A stretch of DNA of 60,593 nt, filler included, from Porpidia crustulata (lineage: Eukaryota): NCBI GenBank assembly GCA_964255105.1. It is 13 parts of 13 records of this genome, joined end to end, with 100 filler letters (N's around TTAATTAATTAA, not from the genome) between each part and the next. Parts side by side here need not be neighbours in the genome. Positions count along the whole stretch, not along the records: positions 1 to 4,595 come from CAXUWE010002044.1; positions 4,696 to 9,288 come from CAXUWE010002045.1; positions 9,389 to 13,978 come from CAXUWE010002046.1; 10 more parts are not named here. One strand, 5' to 3'. This document shows positions 1 to 12,515 of this stretch, one piece after another. A program made the translations under genes and the position numbers. The notes under the pieces were generated by a model that saw only the letters and a list, made by a program, of their open reading frames with translations, did no database searches and was not told where the DNA came from. The stretch's first letter is position 1. Each line of letters opens with the position of its first letter.

Positions 1-488
1 CGTCTTGCATGCAGTAGCCTGGTGGAGAGATTAATTCCATCGATTTTGTGCTTGAATTCGATACGGAGGATCTTACGGCTAAGGTCGGCATATTTGAGAA
101 AATAAGGATGAATTGCAACTTTGCTACCAGAAAATGCGTTATCTGGGATACCACACGCGCTTTGGTTGGCAAAGTCATTTTTTCCAGGACTCCATACGTC
201 CTTGTTCACATTCGGCGTGTTCAATTGACCTGCGGGGAAGAATTTCATGTTCCCATGATATAAGCGATTGAATGGTAGATCAATGTCCCGAGCGCCGTAA
301 ACCTCAGGCGGGGTGTCGGTGGAAGGCGGTGGCTCGGCATTCAACTGAGGAGCACCGTTGTGGAAGGTATTATCCGGTTTGCCCATGGTAGGAATATCTT
401 GCATAGGACCTGTGTTTGGTGCTTGGCGCGGAATGACTGATGCACTGGCGAGCGAAGCAGCAAAGACGGAAAGATAAAAAGACAACAT
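1..488 (-). CDS. Secreted protein, probably RlpA-like double-psi beta-barrel (expansin/barwin-like); 3'-truncated; absent from ORF track
   Basis: Hand translation from ATG at 488 gives MLSFYLSVFAASLASASVIPRQ (signal peptide) ... NQSACGIPDNAFSGSKVAIHPYFLKYADLS. A GT-AG intron at 76..19 is followed by RYCMQD up to the window edge. The ACG...VAI motif is the basis for the fold guess. Confidence 0.7.
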   Translation of the reverse strand, partial: MLSFYLSVFAASLASASVIPRQAPNTGPMQDIPTMGKPDNTFHNGAPQLNAEPPPSTDTPPEVYGARDIDLPFNRLYHGNMKFFPAGQLNTPNVNKDVWSPGKNDFANQSACGIPDNAFSGSKVAIHPYFLKYADLSRKILRIEFKHKIDGINLSTRLLHAR

Positions 489-2605
489 AGTTTCGATTTA
501 AAAGAAACGTACGAAAACAATCAGTCCTGCGATTGTAATGAACGAGTGTCTAAGTAAGAACCAGCTTAACGTAGTAACAGAGCACCAAAAGAGCGTGGAA
601 GTACAAGTACTTGAAGGTAGAGAGATGGATTGAAACGTCGGATTAGACGGACGGGAGGTCGAGTATATTCTTTTGCTGCCGCAATCTTAATTGTCCAGAC
701 ATTTGGAGGGTCCTCATTTCGCATGTTTCTGGCTGCCGGCCACGAGGTCAGTAGATGACAGGAGCGCTATGAAAGAGGGGATCTGAGACGGTCGTGGGGG
801 TCGTCTCTCAAACAGATCTGAAAGACATGGTAGCGATGTTGAAATATACAATTTGATTGGTGTAAACACTCCACTCAAGCTTTAGATTCCGCAGGATTGT
901 TACCGCCGAGTGCATGGAGTCGTAAGCGGAAGAGGTGCGAATGTGCTTAGGCCAGGAACCAACGTTTGAAAATCGCGGGCTGCGCATATTAGAACAATGA
1001 GCCGCTCCTCTCAAAGTCAGACATTACGACCACCTGTAAATTGCAACGTTCAAAAGTTGGTCCAAAACCCGATGAACTCAGACATGTTATGGTCATTGAT
1101 GATGAAAAAGACGTTGTACGTATTTGTTTTCTCTCCGACGCCGCAGATCTCCAAGTTGATCTCCCCTCCCGAACGATGTAAATAGAAATCCACGGCATCT
1201 TGTTCGCATCATCACAGATTCAAGGTCATATGATTCTGATAGATTTGGGCTATGGTGGTGAGACTGGTCCGTCGTATGTATACCTTGTGCTATGGTGAAG
1301 GATGCGCATGCTGCGCGTGTTTCGCAGTCCCTTGACTCCAGTTCAATGCGCATGTCATATCACCGTGCCAATGCCGATGTAGTCCGGCAAAACTCTTGAG
1401 CGCTGTTTCGACGTAAAGCCAATTGCTCGCACTGTGATGGGATGATTCCTCAACTGCTCAATGCTCCCTCTCGTTGCGTCTCGCTAGTCACCCTGTCAAC
1501 GTTGGTCTCGTAGATCGCAGTTGGCTGATCGTGTTAAGCTCTTGCATACTACATGATGCAGAGCAGTTGCAGGCCTTTCTGCAAACCAGGCTACCTCCAT
1601 TGCTTTCTTCATGCTCGCCGTCGCCAAGTCTGAAGTGGTTAATTCACGCAATGCAAGCAGAGGGAGCGCCAAGATCCAAAGTGAGAGTGAAACGGAAGGA
1701 TTCGACAATTAGTCAGCTTCAACAGCGTCCTTCCACCAATCGGCTCACTCCGCCAAGGCCAGGCTTGCGACGAGCGAGGGCAGTAAAAGTCTACTGGATC
1801 AGCTCGCATCAGTACAGCAATGTGGAAAATACGGTGAACGCCTCCATGCTTGACTCCTCCAAGGAGCTGTTAGAACTCGGTCACCTGTCCGCTGCTGCGG
1901 CTGAAGACTCCACATGACTATCGATGATTGAAGTCAATGGAACAGAAGCCACGGCCTACAGGTCATACAAGAGACCTTACGCTGACTGTACTGGCTCAAG
2001 CACCTTGCCCTGCCTGACATACCTAGTCCACCCTGGTTTTAGTAGGTAGCCACCAAAGCTTCAAGTCGCCTGAACCGGTTGATCGAGATGCTTCTGTGTC
2101 GTTCTTGTCATCATACGCCAGATCCACCGCAGTCGATCCGCAAGGATGACCAGGTTATATGTCTTCGTGGCAGAAGGCCATGGCGACGCCTCTATGTAAC
2201 CTTCAGCTACCAACGAGGTGGTTGACAGCCAACGCGCCATATCTCCTTCTAAATTCTCGCTGCGTCCTCCGCTGTGGCTGAACCATTAGTTGTAGACGAT
2301 GAAGATTGGTGCAGGAAACATCCGGGTCGTGCAAAGTCTTCCGCTTCTGGCCTGTGGCTGCCTTGACTGGGATTTTCCTCGTATTCGTCCCAATGTTGCC
2401 TTGTCGTGAATCCTTTTCTGCTTCAGCCCTGACCGTTCCTTTACCGGGCTGATGCTCTGCTTCCTTTTCTCTTATATGACATGTCTATCTCCCTCCTGCG
2501 TAAAAGATTCGTCAATCTTCCACTCCATCAGTTCTCTCCAAACAATCCAAAGATATTCGTCCCGTTCGCCTTTTGTGTGATATTAAACTTTGAGGACCCG
2601 TCAGG

Positions 2606-4595
2606 ATGTCCCAAAATCCCATCCTAACCAAAGGCGTGCCTGTCAAATCTGGAGCTAACGGTGGGTGTCTTCTCTTTCTGGCACATTAAGCTCTGTATTC
2701 CGGCCATAGCGTAACTAATATACCTTAGGCCCAGTCCCCATCCGCAGAGAGATCCGAGATCTGGAACAAAACCATCCAGATTTATGGAATCTTTACCTAC
2801 TGGGACTCGACACCTTCCACAAGGTTGACGAGAACGATCCCTTGTCATACTACCAGATTGCCGGTAAGTATCCTCTGATCTACGGGATTTTTACTACGTA
2901 GCAGACGTGCAGAGTTCGAGGATTGAATTCACCATACTGACAATCTTGAAAAGGAATCCATGGTCGCCCATACAAAGCATGGCCAAGCAACGGTGGCAAT
3001 GAGCAAGGAAACGGTGGCTATTGTACCCACAATTCAATCCTGTTCCCAACATGGCATCGCCCATATCTGGCTCTATTCGAAGTAGGCATCCCTTGGTAGT
3101 GCCTTATTGCCGCGATACTATTCCCCTCTACCGATCCCGAACAAGTATATCACTAGATACTGATAGACTCGTGAATATAGGAAAGTCTCTTCCGCATCAT
3201 CCAGAACATCGCCGCCAGCTTCCCTGACCCCAACGACAAGGCTCGCTACGTCGCCGCCGCTCAAGAGTTTCGTATGCCGTACTGGGACTGGGCTATGCCG
3301 CTTCCAGCCGGTGACAGCGTCCTACCCACTTCTTGTCAGACTGAGACAATTTCAGTGATTTCGCCCACTTCTGGTGGACAGCCAGTCGACTTGAAAAATC
3401 CGCTGTACAGTTTTGATTTTCATCCTCTGAACCCGTCATCAGGGGATTTTCCCCTCAAAAACGTAAGTTACAATTTTGCCTCAAATCGGTTTTCTTCCAC
3501 CTTCGATGGGACTAACCCTGTTCCCCCCTCAGACCGGCCGTGGTGTCCTGGCTGCCAATCCCTTTGCCACTTGGCCCAATAGCGTCCGCTGGCCAGTCCG
3601 CTCCACTGACCCGAACTCCGCCGTTTCCCAAAATGATCAAGTCGAAGCTGCTATGGAGCAGCAAACTCGCAACCTCCGTGAACTAGTCTTCTACCTCATC
3701 TCCTCGTACGCGCGGTACGGTGCCTTTAGCAATAATCAATGGAACCGTGGGAACCCGGGAACGTATGGTAGTGTCGAGGGGGTGCATGATACTGTACATG
3801 GAGTTACCGGAGGAGGCGGTCATATGAGCATTGTTGCTTATTCGGCGTTTGACCCGTTGTTTTGGTTGCATCATTGGTGCGTATCATCTTTATTCTTTTT
3901 CGAGTCCTACGCGGGGCAGGGACGTAAGGCTGATACTTACCAGCAACGTGGACCGCCTCTTTGCACTTTGGCAGGCTTTGCACCCGGCTAGCTATGTCAC
4001 GTCTCAGCCCACCGAGTCTGGTACCTTCACCACCAAGGCCGGCAGCACGGAGACGGAAACCTCACCGCTCACACCATTTATGGATTCTCCGGGCTCCTTT
4101 TGGACCTCTGACGGGATCCGTAGCACGCGAACATTTGGCTACGCATATCCAGAGACGCAATCGTGGAAGTTCAGCACCACAAACGAGTACAAGTCTTCCG
4201 TTGTGGTAGCTGTTCAGCAGCTTTACGGAAGCAGCTCCTTGGCTACAACAATCCAGAAAAGCTCGGCGGCGAACGTGAATACAGCGCAGGTAAAGACTGC
4301 CGTCACAGCGCGTGGCATACCGCAAGCCTTGCCGCAGGTGAAGATGGCCGTCAAAGCGCCTGTCGAGAAGAGCGAGACTATAAACGGCAAGGAGAATCAT
4401 AACGCCAATACCGATGCGAGCCCTTTTATAGTAGCTCCAACGATCCGAAACGGAGACATCGGCATTCAAGCGCCCATGGCCGAAAAAGCCGGTAGCGCAG
4501 TCAGCAAAAAGGTCGCCAACATCGAAAAAGCCAGCAGCCCCGCAAACGGGAAATTGCCACAACCAGAAAGCGCAGCAAAACCAACCCCAACCACC
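2606..4595 (+). CDS. Tyrosinase (type-3 copper protein), multi-exon, no signal peptide, 3'-truncated at contig end
   Basis: The spliced product has [31 protein letters not shown] (CuA), [16 protein letters not shown] and [21 protein letters not shown] (CuB). Five GT-AG introns join the ORF fragments. Confidence 0.95.
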
Positions 4596-4695
4596 NNNNN
4601 NNNNNNNNNNNNNNNNNNNNNNNNNNNNNNNNNNNNNNNTTAATTAATTAANNNNNNNNNNNNNNNNNNNNNNNNNNNNNNNNNNNNNNNNNNNN
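4596..4695. other. Artificial contig spacer N44-TTAATTAATTAA-N44 (first of 12)
   Basis: The same 100-bp spacer occurs at 9289, 13979, 18669, 23353, 28032, 32706, 37378, 42030, 46679, 51318 and 55956. Its core gives stops in all six frames. Contig lengths never increase, running from 4595 to 4538. Confidence 0.99.
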
Positions 4696-6718
4696 CCCAA
4701 ATACTCAGCACACACATCTCACAAGCTCCCCCTTGGCCCCCCTTCCGAATCCTTCCCACCACCCTAGCCATCGTGCCTTTTCCCTTCTCACCCAGGAAGG
4801 CTCTCGAATCGTGATCCCATAATCCCACTCCTTTCCACAGTGAGTAACTTCCACTGAGGTACGGGGGTTTTTCGCTCGTGAAGAGGTCCGCGAACTGGAA
4901 CGTCTGCTTGACGCTTTCTGGCTCCCGCTCCGAGTGAACGATGCGAGCGTAAAGCTCGATCACGGCGTCGGTCTTGGAGCGGGACGCTTTGGATGCTGCG
5001 TTCAAGGCTTCGCCGATGCGGAAGCAGGTGCGGAGGAGGATGCGGGAGTGGAGGCCCAGTATGGGAGAGCGATCGCGAATGGCGAGGGGAAAAGGAGGGC
5101 GGATGAAGGGGGTAACATAGCAAGGCGAGGTGATGGAAGTTGACGGAGGGGCGGTAGGGGACGTAAATTTTTGTGGAAGACTGCGACGTTTGATTGGTAT
5201 GTAAGTAGTTGGTAGCATCCATTGGAGCTTTGGAGTGGTGGATCTGGGAGGCAGTAGTAAGATCGATTCCTTTCCAGAGCTGGAATTCACCAGATTCATC
5301 AATTCTGTATCTAGATCGTCATCGTCATACAGTTCTTGAGATTCTTCTGAGATGGCTGGGTCATCTTGCCGAGAGCTTGATTTGTTCTTGACCATAGGAA
5401 AATTGAGATTGTAAGGAGATTGAGTGTGGATGACAGGAGATTCGAGGACGTTCAATTCATTTCCAAAGGAAGATAAGCTAGCTTCATCTACCTTTTCGAC
5501 AAAAAGAGATATTTGAGATGGCTGACTGTAGAAATCGTTATATTCGTCTGCGTCAGTAGAAGTGTAGATTTTATGTCCAGTAAGCGGGTAATCTTGCTCT
5601 GTATTATTTACTGTCAATTGCAACATGTCTTCAAGTCCTGCACCATCCATGGGAAGTTCGTCACAGTCGGTCTCTCTGTCTTGATGAAACTCTTCCACAT
5701 GACGAAGCTCGGTCATTTCAGCCCATTGGTCACGAGGTTGGGCATAGAATCCACCGGTTTCGTATGAAGGCCGATGTTGGTTTTCCCAAGCAAACCCATG
5801 AACGACGGATGCGTATTGCTCTTGATTACTTGGTGGCAAGAGATCTTTAGTCTGTAATGCCGCACTAGGCTCTTCCACTTCATGTGTGGATACTGGCAGG
5901 AGCGTACACGAGGACACCAATTGACGTGACTGAAATTTATCAAGACTCCCCTCGCCTTGCTGCAACGTAGTGGGATAAAATTTGGGTTCCAACCCATGGG
6001 AAACATTGGCTTGGGTGGGGTGGCTTGAAGATTCAACTATACTACTTAGTGCTCCTTGTTGAAAGAATAAAGTACGATCAAGCGAGCAAGACTGGTTGAT
6101 CTCTTGATGTAGTGTTTCTGCGGTTGAGGCACGGAGTGAAGCCAGTCCAGAAGGAGAAACATGAACATCCTCATCATGGTCGGCATACTCTACATACGTT
6201 ATGTCACCTTCGGTTCCTAAGGCAAGACTTTCATTGGCAAAGGCATCCTGATCGCTTTGTTTCAGCCCTGTTAAGGTTGGCCAATACTTGAAGCCATGTA
6301 GCCTTTGTATTGTTTCTCGTGAAAGGGCGGTACTTTGATGTGCGTCTGGCTCTGTTTCTATATATCGTGATGGCTTGACTAGACAATCTATGAGCTCGTC
6401 GGAGTTCTGCGTTTGTCGAACTTGACCTATTTTGGCCGTACGGAGATTTTTCGATATACCCTTCAATTTCGTTCCACTTTGCGGTCCGGAATTTCTTACT
6501 TTTTGCGAGCAGTTAGTACTGGCCTCCTGCTGCTCTCCAGATGACTGTGCTGATGACTTGGCTCTCTTTCGTCTTTGCACAACCTTCTTTCCTCCAGCTT
6601 CTCCCGGCTGGATAGAGGACACAGCTGGGTGATATGCATGATTAATTGGCGTAAATCCCGATATAATCGTCGGATCAGCTCCACTCGAAGGCGCTTCTCT
6701 ATTCAATGACATGAACAT
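4696..6718 (-). CDS. Uncharacterised protein: long low-complexity N-terminus plus conserved-looking C-terminal beta-rich (OB-fold-like) domain; 3'-truncated
   Basis: Uninterrupted ORF of about 674 real codons. The C-terminal block reads PFIRPPFP..RDRSPILGL...LRTCFRIGEAL...IELYARI...FQFADLF...MARVVG...VLSIW. Confidence 0.75.
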
Positions 6719-7730
6719 TGGGGAGTAAAAACATCAGTGAGCACTTACTGGAATGGCTGGAATGGCTGGTGATTACTCTGCATACCTAATATCCTTGTGA
6801 AATCTAGATAGTTCTCCAATCACTTTGGGACCATCGCCGATCGGATTCGATCGTTGACTTTCCTTGAACACCCGACATCTCCTTCTCGTTCATATCTTAA
6901 TCAGTCATGTCTTCCGAAGAAAACAATCTCAGATATTGAGGAAAGAGTTCCACAGGAAAGAAAAAGGAGAAGGAGAAGAAGGAGAAGTAGGAGATGAAAG
7001 AAGAAGAAGATATCGCAGAAGCAGGCACGACAATTTGTATGGTGGGGAGTTTTAGAGTGAAGAGGCATCGGGAGATCGACACCCCACCAAGACTAGTCCA
7101 AAAGAAGTCGTGTCGGCGGAGGGGCAGGGAATCGTCATCGTCGTCGTATTCTATTACAGGATCATTGGGTATCATTCACTATCATTATCTTGATCTTTGT
7201 CATTATCATTATCACTATCACTCTCATATATATCTCCCTTGTAGAGCGTTCAAAGGTCTCTATTCCGGATCCCTCCCACATGATATTCCTCCTCTTGAAC
7301 CTGTACTTGTACTCGATGGGAAGAGACTCGGATCTCGCTTTTCTTCTCATTATCTTCTAGTCTCCATATCTCAAATACGTTGCTCAGGTTCGCACCGAGG
7401 CTTGTCACGGGCGCTGTCTTCCGTCCAGATCAAGTTACATGGATGAAATCGCAGCGTTTGTGCATGTGAACTGATCAGCTGAGCCTCATCTCAGGGGCAC
7501 CATGTTCTTGTCGGTATGTGTGCATATCTACTCTTCCTCCTGTTGATGCTGTTAGTAGTGATCACATACCATACTGTAAATCTACGTGATTCATGATGAG
7601 GATTCAATGTAGCAATGGCAATAAACCTTGGGATTGCACGAAGCCGACAATCTCATCATACTGTTGCCCAGGTTTCTCTGTCGATAATCCCCTTGTCCTT
7701 CTCTTAAACTAGTACCGAACATATTGAAAC

Positions 7731-9093
7731 ATGCTGAAAGACCGCTTCCACTGGCAGAAGAAGCCGTATTCGGCAATCACTGTGCAAATAGATCGCTTGA
7801 CCAGCGAGCAATATGAAGCCGATGACATGAGCGGAATTGTTGACCTGATCGAGGTCATACGACTGCAAGCCGGAGGTCCCAATGAAGCTGCCAGAGCAAT
7901 TCGCAAGAAGCTGTGAGAGCTATTCATTCCCTGAGATGTTATATTTATCGAGCTTTGCTAAAGTATGGACTAGCAAGTACGGAAGTATTCACAGACAGCT
8001 CCGTGCTTTGACGGTCCTCGACGGACTCATCGAAAACGCCGGTCCTCGCTTTCAACGAGCGTTTGCTGATGAGGCTTTACTGGAACGCCTTCGCGTGGCG
8101 GCTACAGAGTCTCTGTCAGATCCAGAGGTGAAGCAGAAATGCTCGGTATTGTTTAGACAGTGGGCAGTGGCATACGATTCAGCTCCAGGCATGGAGCGGA
8201 TCGCCGGCCTCTACAAGCAGCTACCTCAACGTAAGAAGCCAGCTCGCCGCGAAGCATCCAAGGCCCTCCAGGAGACTGAGCGAGCAGCTACCGAAGATCC
8301 TTTCGGCAACGACGAACCCGAAATACCAACATCACCAGTCCGGCGATTTATTCCTCCATCGTTTACCTCGACCTCCTCCGGTCTCATCTCAAGCTCCACG
8401 TACTCTACTCCAACCCCGCTAAAAAACGGCAAACGCGTCAAGTCTAAACCCTTCAATCTCGAGAAGGAGAAACCCCAGCTTCTCCAAGCTATTGCCTCTT
8501 CTTCAGTCGCCAGCACGAACCTCATGAATGCCCTCAAGCTCATCAACCGCGAGCATAAGCGCGTGAGCGAAGATGCGGAGACCATCAAGAGATTCGAGAT
8601 GTGCAAGTTGCTACGAAGGCAGATACTAAGATATATACATCACGTCGAAAGCGAGCAATGGCTTGGTAGCTTGATACATGCCAATGAGGAGTTGGTGACG
8701 GCGCTTATGGCCTACGAGATACTAGACAAGAGCGTCGACGATGATAGCGATAGTGAGGCGGAGTCGGAGGATGGCCAGCCATTAGGGTCCGAAATTGAGA
8801 CAAAGGGGCTGAGGGATACGCACGAGGCATTTGATCAGTTGCATCTCGAAACGACAAACGCGGGAAAGGTGAGAGTACCCCCAGTACCTATTAATGGGAA
8901 GAGTAAGGCGGGATTTCCGAATCACGACGCAGAGGAAGAAGAGGAAGAGGAGATGGAGGATGAGAACGATCCGTTCGCGGATCGGAACGAGGTCAGCACG
9001 CCCAAGGCCGAGAGGCCGGGTATGACTTGGTAAGTGGAGCCCTCAGAAACCTGCCGATTTTGGAATTAACAATTTGCTAGGAAGGAAGTATAG
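7731..9093 (+). CDS. LSB5: VHS/GAT-domain endocytic adaptor Lsb5
   Basis: KKPYSAITVQIDRLT...GPNEAARAIRKKL|KYGSIHRQLRALTVLD (VHS) and LRRQILRYI..VESEQWLGSLIHANEEL (GAT), with C-terminal DPF motifs. A terminal intron gives the ending MTWKEV*. Confidence 0.9.
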
Positions 9094-10727
9094 CTTCTTA
9101 CGCTGTTTCAATATTCCTTGTTCGGTTAATGCTACGATAATATCCCCAACCTCCTCAGCGATAACGTCGATGCACCGATCTTCCGATTTCATCTTCTCAA
9201 CCCCCTTCCCTCCGTTTCCCAGTCTCTCTTTTCTTTCTTCCTTTCTTTTTCCCCCGGTAGGATGATTCCAAATCGCACAAGTGTCAGANNNNNNNNNNNN
9301 NNNNNNNNNNNNNNNNNNNNNNNNNNNNNNNNTTAATTAATTAANNNNNNNNNNNNNNNNNNNNNNNNNNNNNNNNNNNNNNNNNNNNGGGGTTGGGGAA
9401 CGGAGGAGCACCGACCAAATACTGCGAACAGAGGAGCGATAAGGTAGGAACACGGATGGCAAAGTTTGATACGACAATTGTGTATCTGTATATGTCACTT
9501 CTTCTAGCAGCAACGACGATACCCTTTCACGTTTCAGGCCCCTCCAAGCCGTTGAGTTGCCGATCGTCCGAATAATGAGTCAAAGAACTGTGCAGGCCGG
9601 CAGCGTTAGATCGTGGCCAGCGAGATCTTTCAAAAATGGACCGTATTGAGATTCTATCACTGGCTTCCATGCTCTCCTTGGCGGCCTTCCGCACCAAGAC
9701 CGAATCCTCTACTGGTCTTTGGTCAGCCCGGCCCAACTGCAATGGTTGGGTAGTCAGCGCTGAATCTGTGTCCCCAAACCGAATTTTTTTCCAAGATCCA
9801 CGATCTATTTCTTGGTCTCGAATCTATTGGACCCGACTGAAAGACTACAACGTGGTTGGCACGCAGACGCATTCTTTGTGGAAGGATCTGACTTTGATTT
9901 GTATGTAGAATGGAATCTCCATGCTCCTGTTTTTCTTCTCAAAGACTCGGTGTGACTTCACAAAAGAAAATTCAGACCAGCCTGCTGGATTCAGCGGCGA
10001 TATGATGGTTGATTCTTCATGCTTTCCCTCAGATCTAGCTGTCCTTATTCGAGTGTCTGCTGCTAGCCTTCCGTCCAGTGTCACATCTACTTCTTACGAC
10101 AAAAGCCTCTGTCCATTGTTCCTTCGGACTACAAACATACATCTTCGGCGGAATACGTGTACAGTCTCTTCGACCTTCCGACGTTCTCAGCGATCAGTCA
10201 TGGGTCATTCCATACGGGCTCTTTAGATAATCGTCTAGCAGATCACACGCTTTCCGTTGCCAATTTGGGGTTGATCGTTTGTCATGCTTGTAACGTGAAT
10301 TACAAGAATAGGTCTGGACGATCGCGATTTAGACCAGCTTGGGGCTACTTCTTCAAACCTCCAAGCTGTGCAGGGATTGGAAGCTTTATAGTGTATAGTT
10401 TATATAGCCTCCTCTGCCGACGCTGAATGCTAAATGAGGGACAGCATCGCGTTATGATCAATCCGCAAGGGATATCGCGTAACGATGGGGTTTCAGCCGC
10501 AGTCACCAAGCGTTCACTTGAATGCTATCGCTCAAAATGTCGGATACACGTAAAACAGATTGCCAAACCAACCGGGGATTTGCGCTTCGATGGCCAACGA
10601 ATTCAATTCCCATAAATCGGTGGAGATTCCAGCGCCTTTCTATGATGTGAGGACCTGCCATTAGAGATCGCGACTCCTAGAACACAAGTCATTTCCAAGC
10701 CATCGATCGAGCACCAGGAGACGGAAG

Positions 10728-11399
10728 ATGAAATCCAACTTAGCATCACTCCTTGCCTACTGCCTTGTACTCCCTGGTATTGGTGTCTCAACCTCCGCCG
10801 CCGCCGCCGCTGATCCGCCTCCTATCGGCAGCAGCATCTCTCCTTCAACGACCGCGAACCTCAGTACTGTCGGGAGCTCACGATGCGCCCATCAGACCGC
10901 ATGGACCAACGGAGAAGTAAAACGCAATGACTGCGATGCTGCCCTCCAAAACCTCCAAGACGATTACAGACGCTATGGAACCATGCCGTTTGAATTCCAC
11001 GACCAGTATACCCAAAACATTACCCATCTTGAATACCACCATACCCCAGCATGTTACGATAAAGGAAACTGCAGCGTCTGCGTAGCGATGATTACAGACT
11101 TTTCAAGGGCCGCACGAACCGACATTCCCCGGGTGCCGCCACCTCCCTGGGCGAAGAACGACGTATCGGATTGTGGCGAGCTGTTGGCCGCAGGCCAGTC
11201 GGTTAATAGGACTTGTTTAAGAGACACGAACTCATTTGGGTGGGCACCAGTAGGGTACCAGTATTCTATTGGTGTCTTCGTGTGGGCCTTGGGGAGTGAA
11301 TTGGACAAGGATCTTTTCCGAAGTAATGGTTATCAGCGTCCAGGGCCTCTCGTCCCCATTACTACACCTACTTCGAATCCGGTCGTTGAGTCAAGCTGA
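10728..11399 (+). CDS. Small secreted Cys-rich effector-like protein (223 aa, intronless)
   Basis: Hydrophobic signal peptide, then the pattern C..W...DCDAAL...FEF...P.Y.KGNC...TC...GW..IGVFVW. This pattern is shared with the gene at 24509..25517. Confidence 0.8.
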   Translation: MKSNLASLLAYCLVLPGIGVSTSAAAAADPPPIGSSISPSTTANLSTVGSSRCAHQTAWTNGEVKRNDCDAALQNLQDDYRRYGTMPFEFHDQYTQNITHLEYHHTPACYDKGNCSVCVAMITDFSRAARTDIPRVPPPPWAKNDVSDCGELLAAGQSVNRTCLRDTNSFGWAPVGYQYSIGVFVWALGSELDKDLFRSNGYQRPGPLVPITTPTSNPVVESS

Positions 11400-12515
11400 G
11401 TCTACGAATTTACACGCAATCCTTTTGCATGCCTCTTTTTTCCCGTGTTGAACAAGCTGTATTGCTCAATCCTGAAACTCAATAACTTATCAGCTACTGA
11501 ATTCTGGATGATCTCAAAGTCCAAGTGGGAAGTAGGAAGTGTTTTGAGAGGCGGACAACTTGATTTACCTGTTGAGGACTATCATGGGTGCTAGAATGGC
11601 TGTCGCAATAGCTGGCGCCCGCTGGTCAACTTTTCAATACTTCACGTACAAATACCCATCACCGCACATCATCCTAAAATTAGAACACCAAATGTAAAAT
11701 CAGATCATCACAGAAGATGAGCAGCAGGGAAGATGGAGAGATCTAGCAGTCGTCATGAATCTTGGGGAAAGAGTCTTGTGACTTATCTCGATCTTCTGCT
11801 TGTCAGCACGAAGAAACAGAGAACCCCAAACTTGTGCTCCCAGATTTTCGGAAGCTTGGGGTGACACGTTACGTGACGCAGCTGATGATTGGATACTCTC
11901 GTCTTGTTTCGTATGACCCTGCAGAACCCTGGGGTCTACTGCGCACTTCGTCGTATAGGGTTTTACCTAACTACAACCACTACACTGTGTGGATTATACT
12001 CCACTTCCTAGGTCTTTTACTTCTTTGTTGTTTACGTCAATCTCACTTCATGACTCTTTGAGTGCTTTGGAGCGATCATCTTGGTTTCTTTCACCATGAT
12101 GTTTGACACGAAAGTCTGCTCAACGTAGAGTCCTATGCTGCTGAGGGAGAATTGGGTGGTGGGTACGAGATTGTTACATGGATCTCTTCTTAATCATCGT
12201 TGACTCCGGTCCTGTTGTTCGCTTAGCCCTGCAGGGTTTCGTAGATAGCGGTTCAGGAAGGTACTTCATGTTCTACTGCATTTCGCCCTTCCTATCGGGT
12301 CTCGAGACACAAAACACCGACGTCGTCCGACCCCAAAGCAACCTGCATCGTAAGTGCTGAGTTAGCTTTCCTCCCATCTCTCTGGGTCATCTCGTTGCCC
12401 TCCCCCCAATGCCACCTCGTCCTTATTACATTTCTGGTGGCTGCGAGAAAACATGACTTTATCAGAATATGCTCATAATGCTCATCCTCAAGCAATCAAT
12501 GGACATAGTCTACCA

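Noticed and set aside
12090..12515. HOL1-type regulatory uORF ending in Pro-Ser-stop upstream of the MFS gene
   Set aside because: The upstream ATG frames I translated (MMFDTKVCST*, MLLREN...HR*, MPPRPY...KT*) do not end in PS*.
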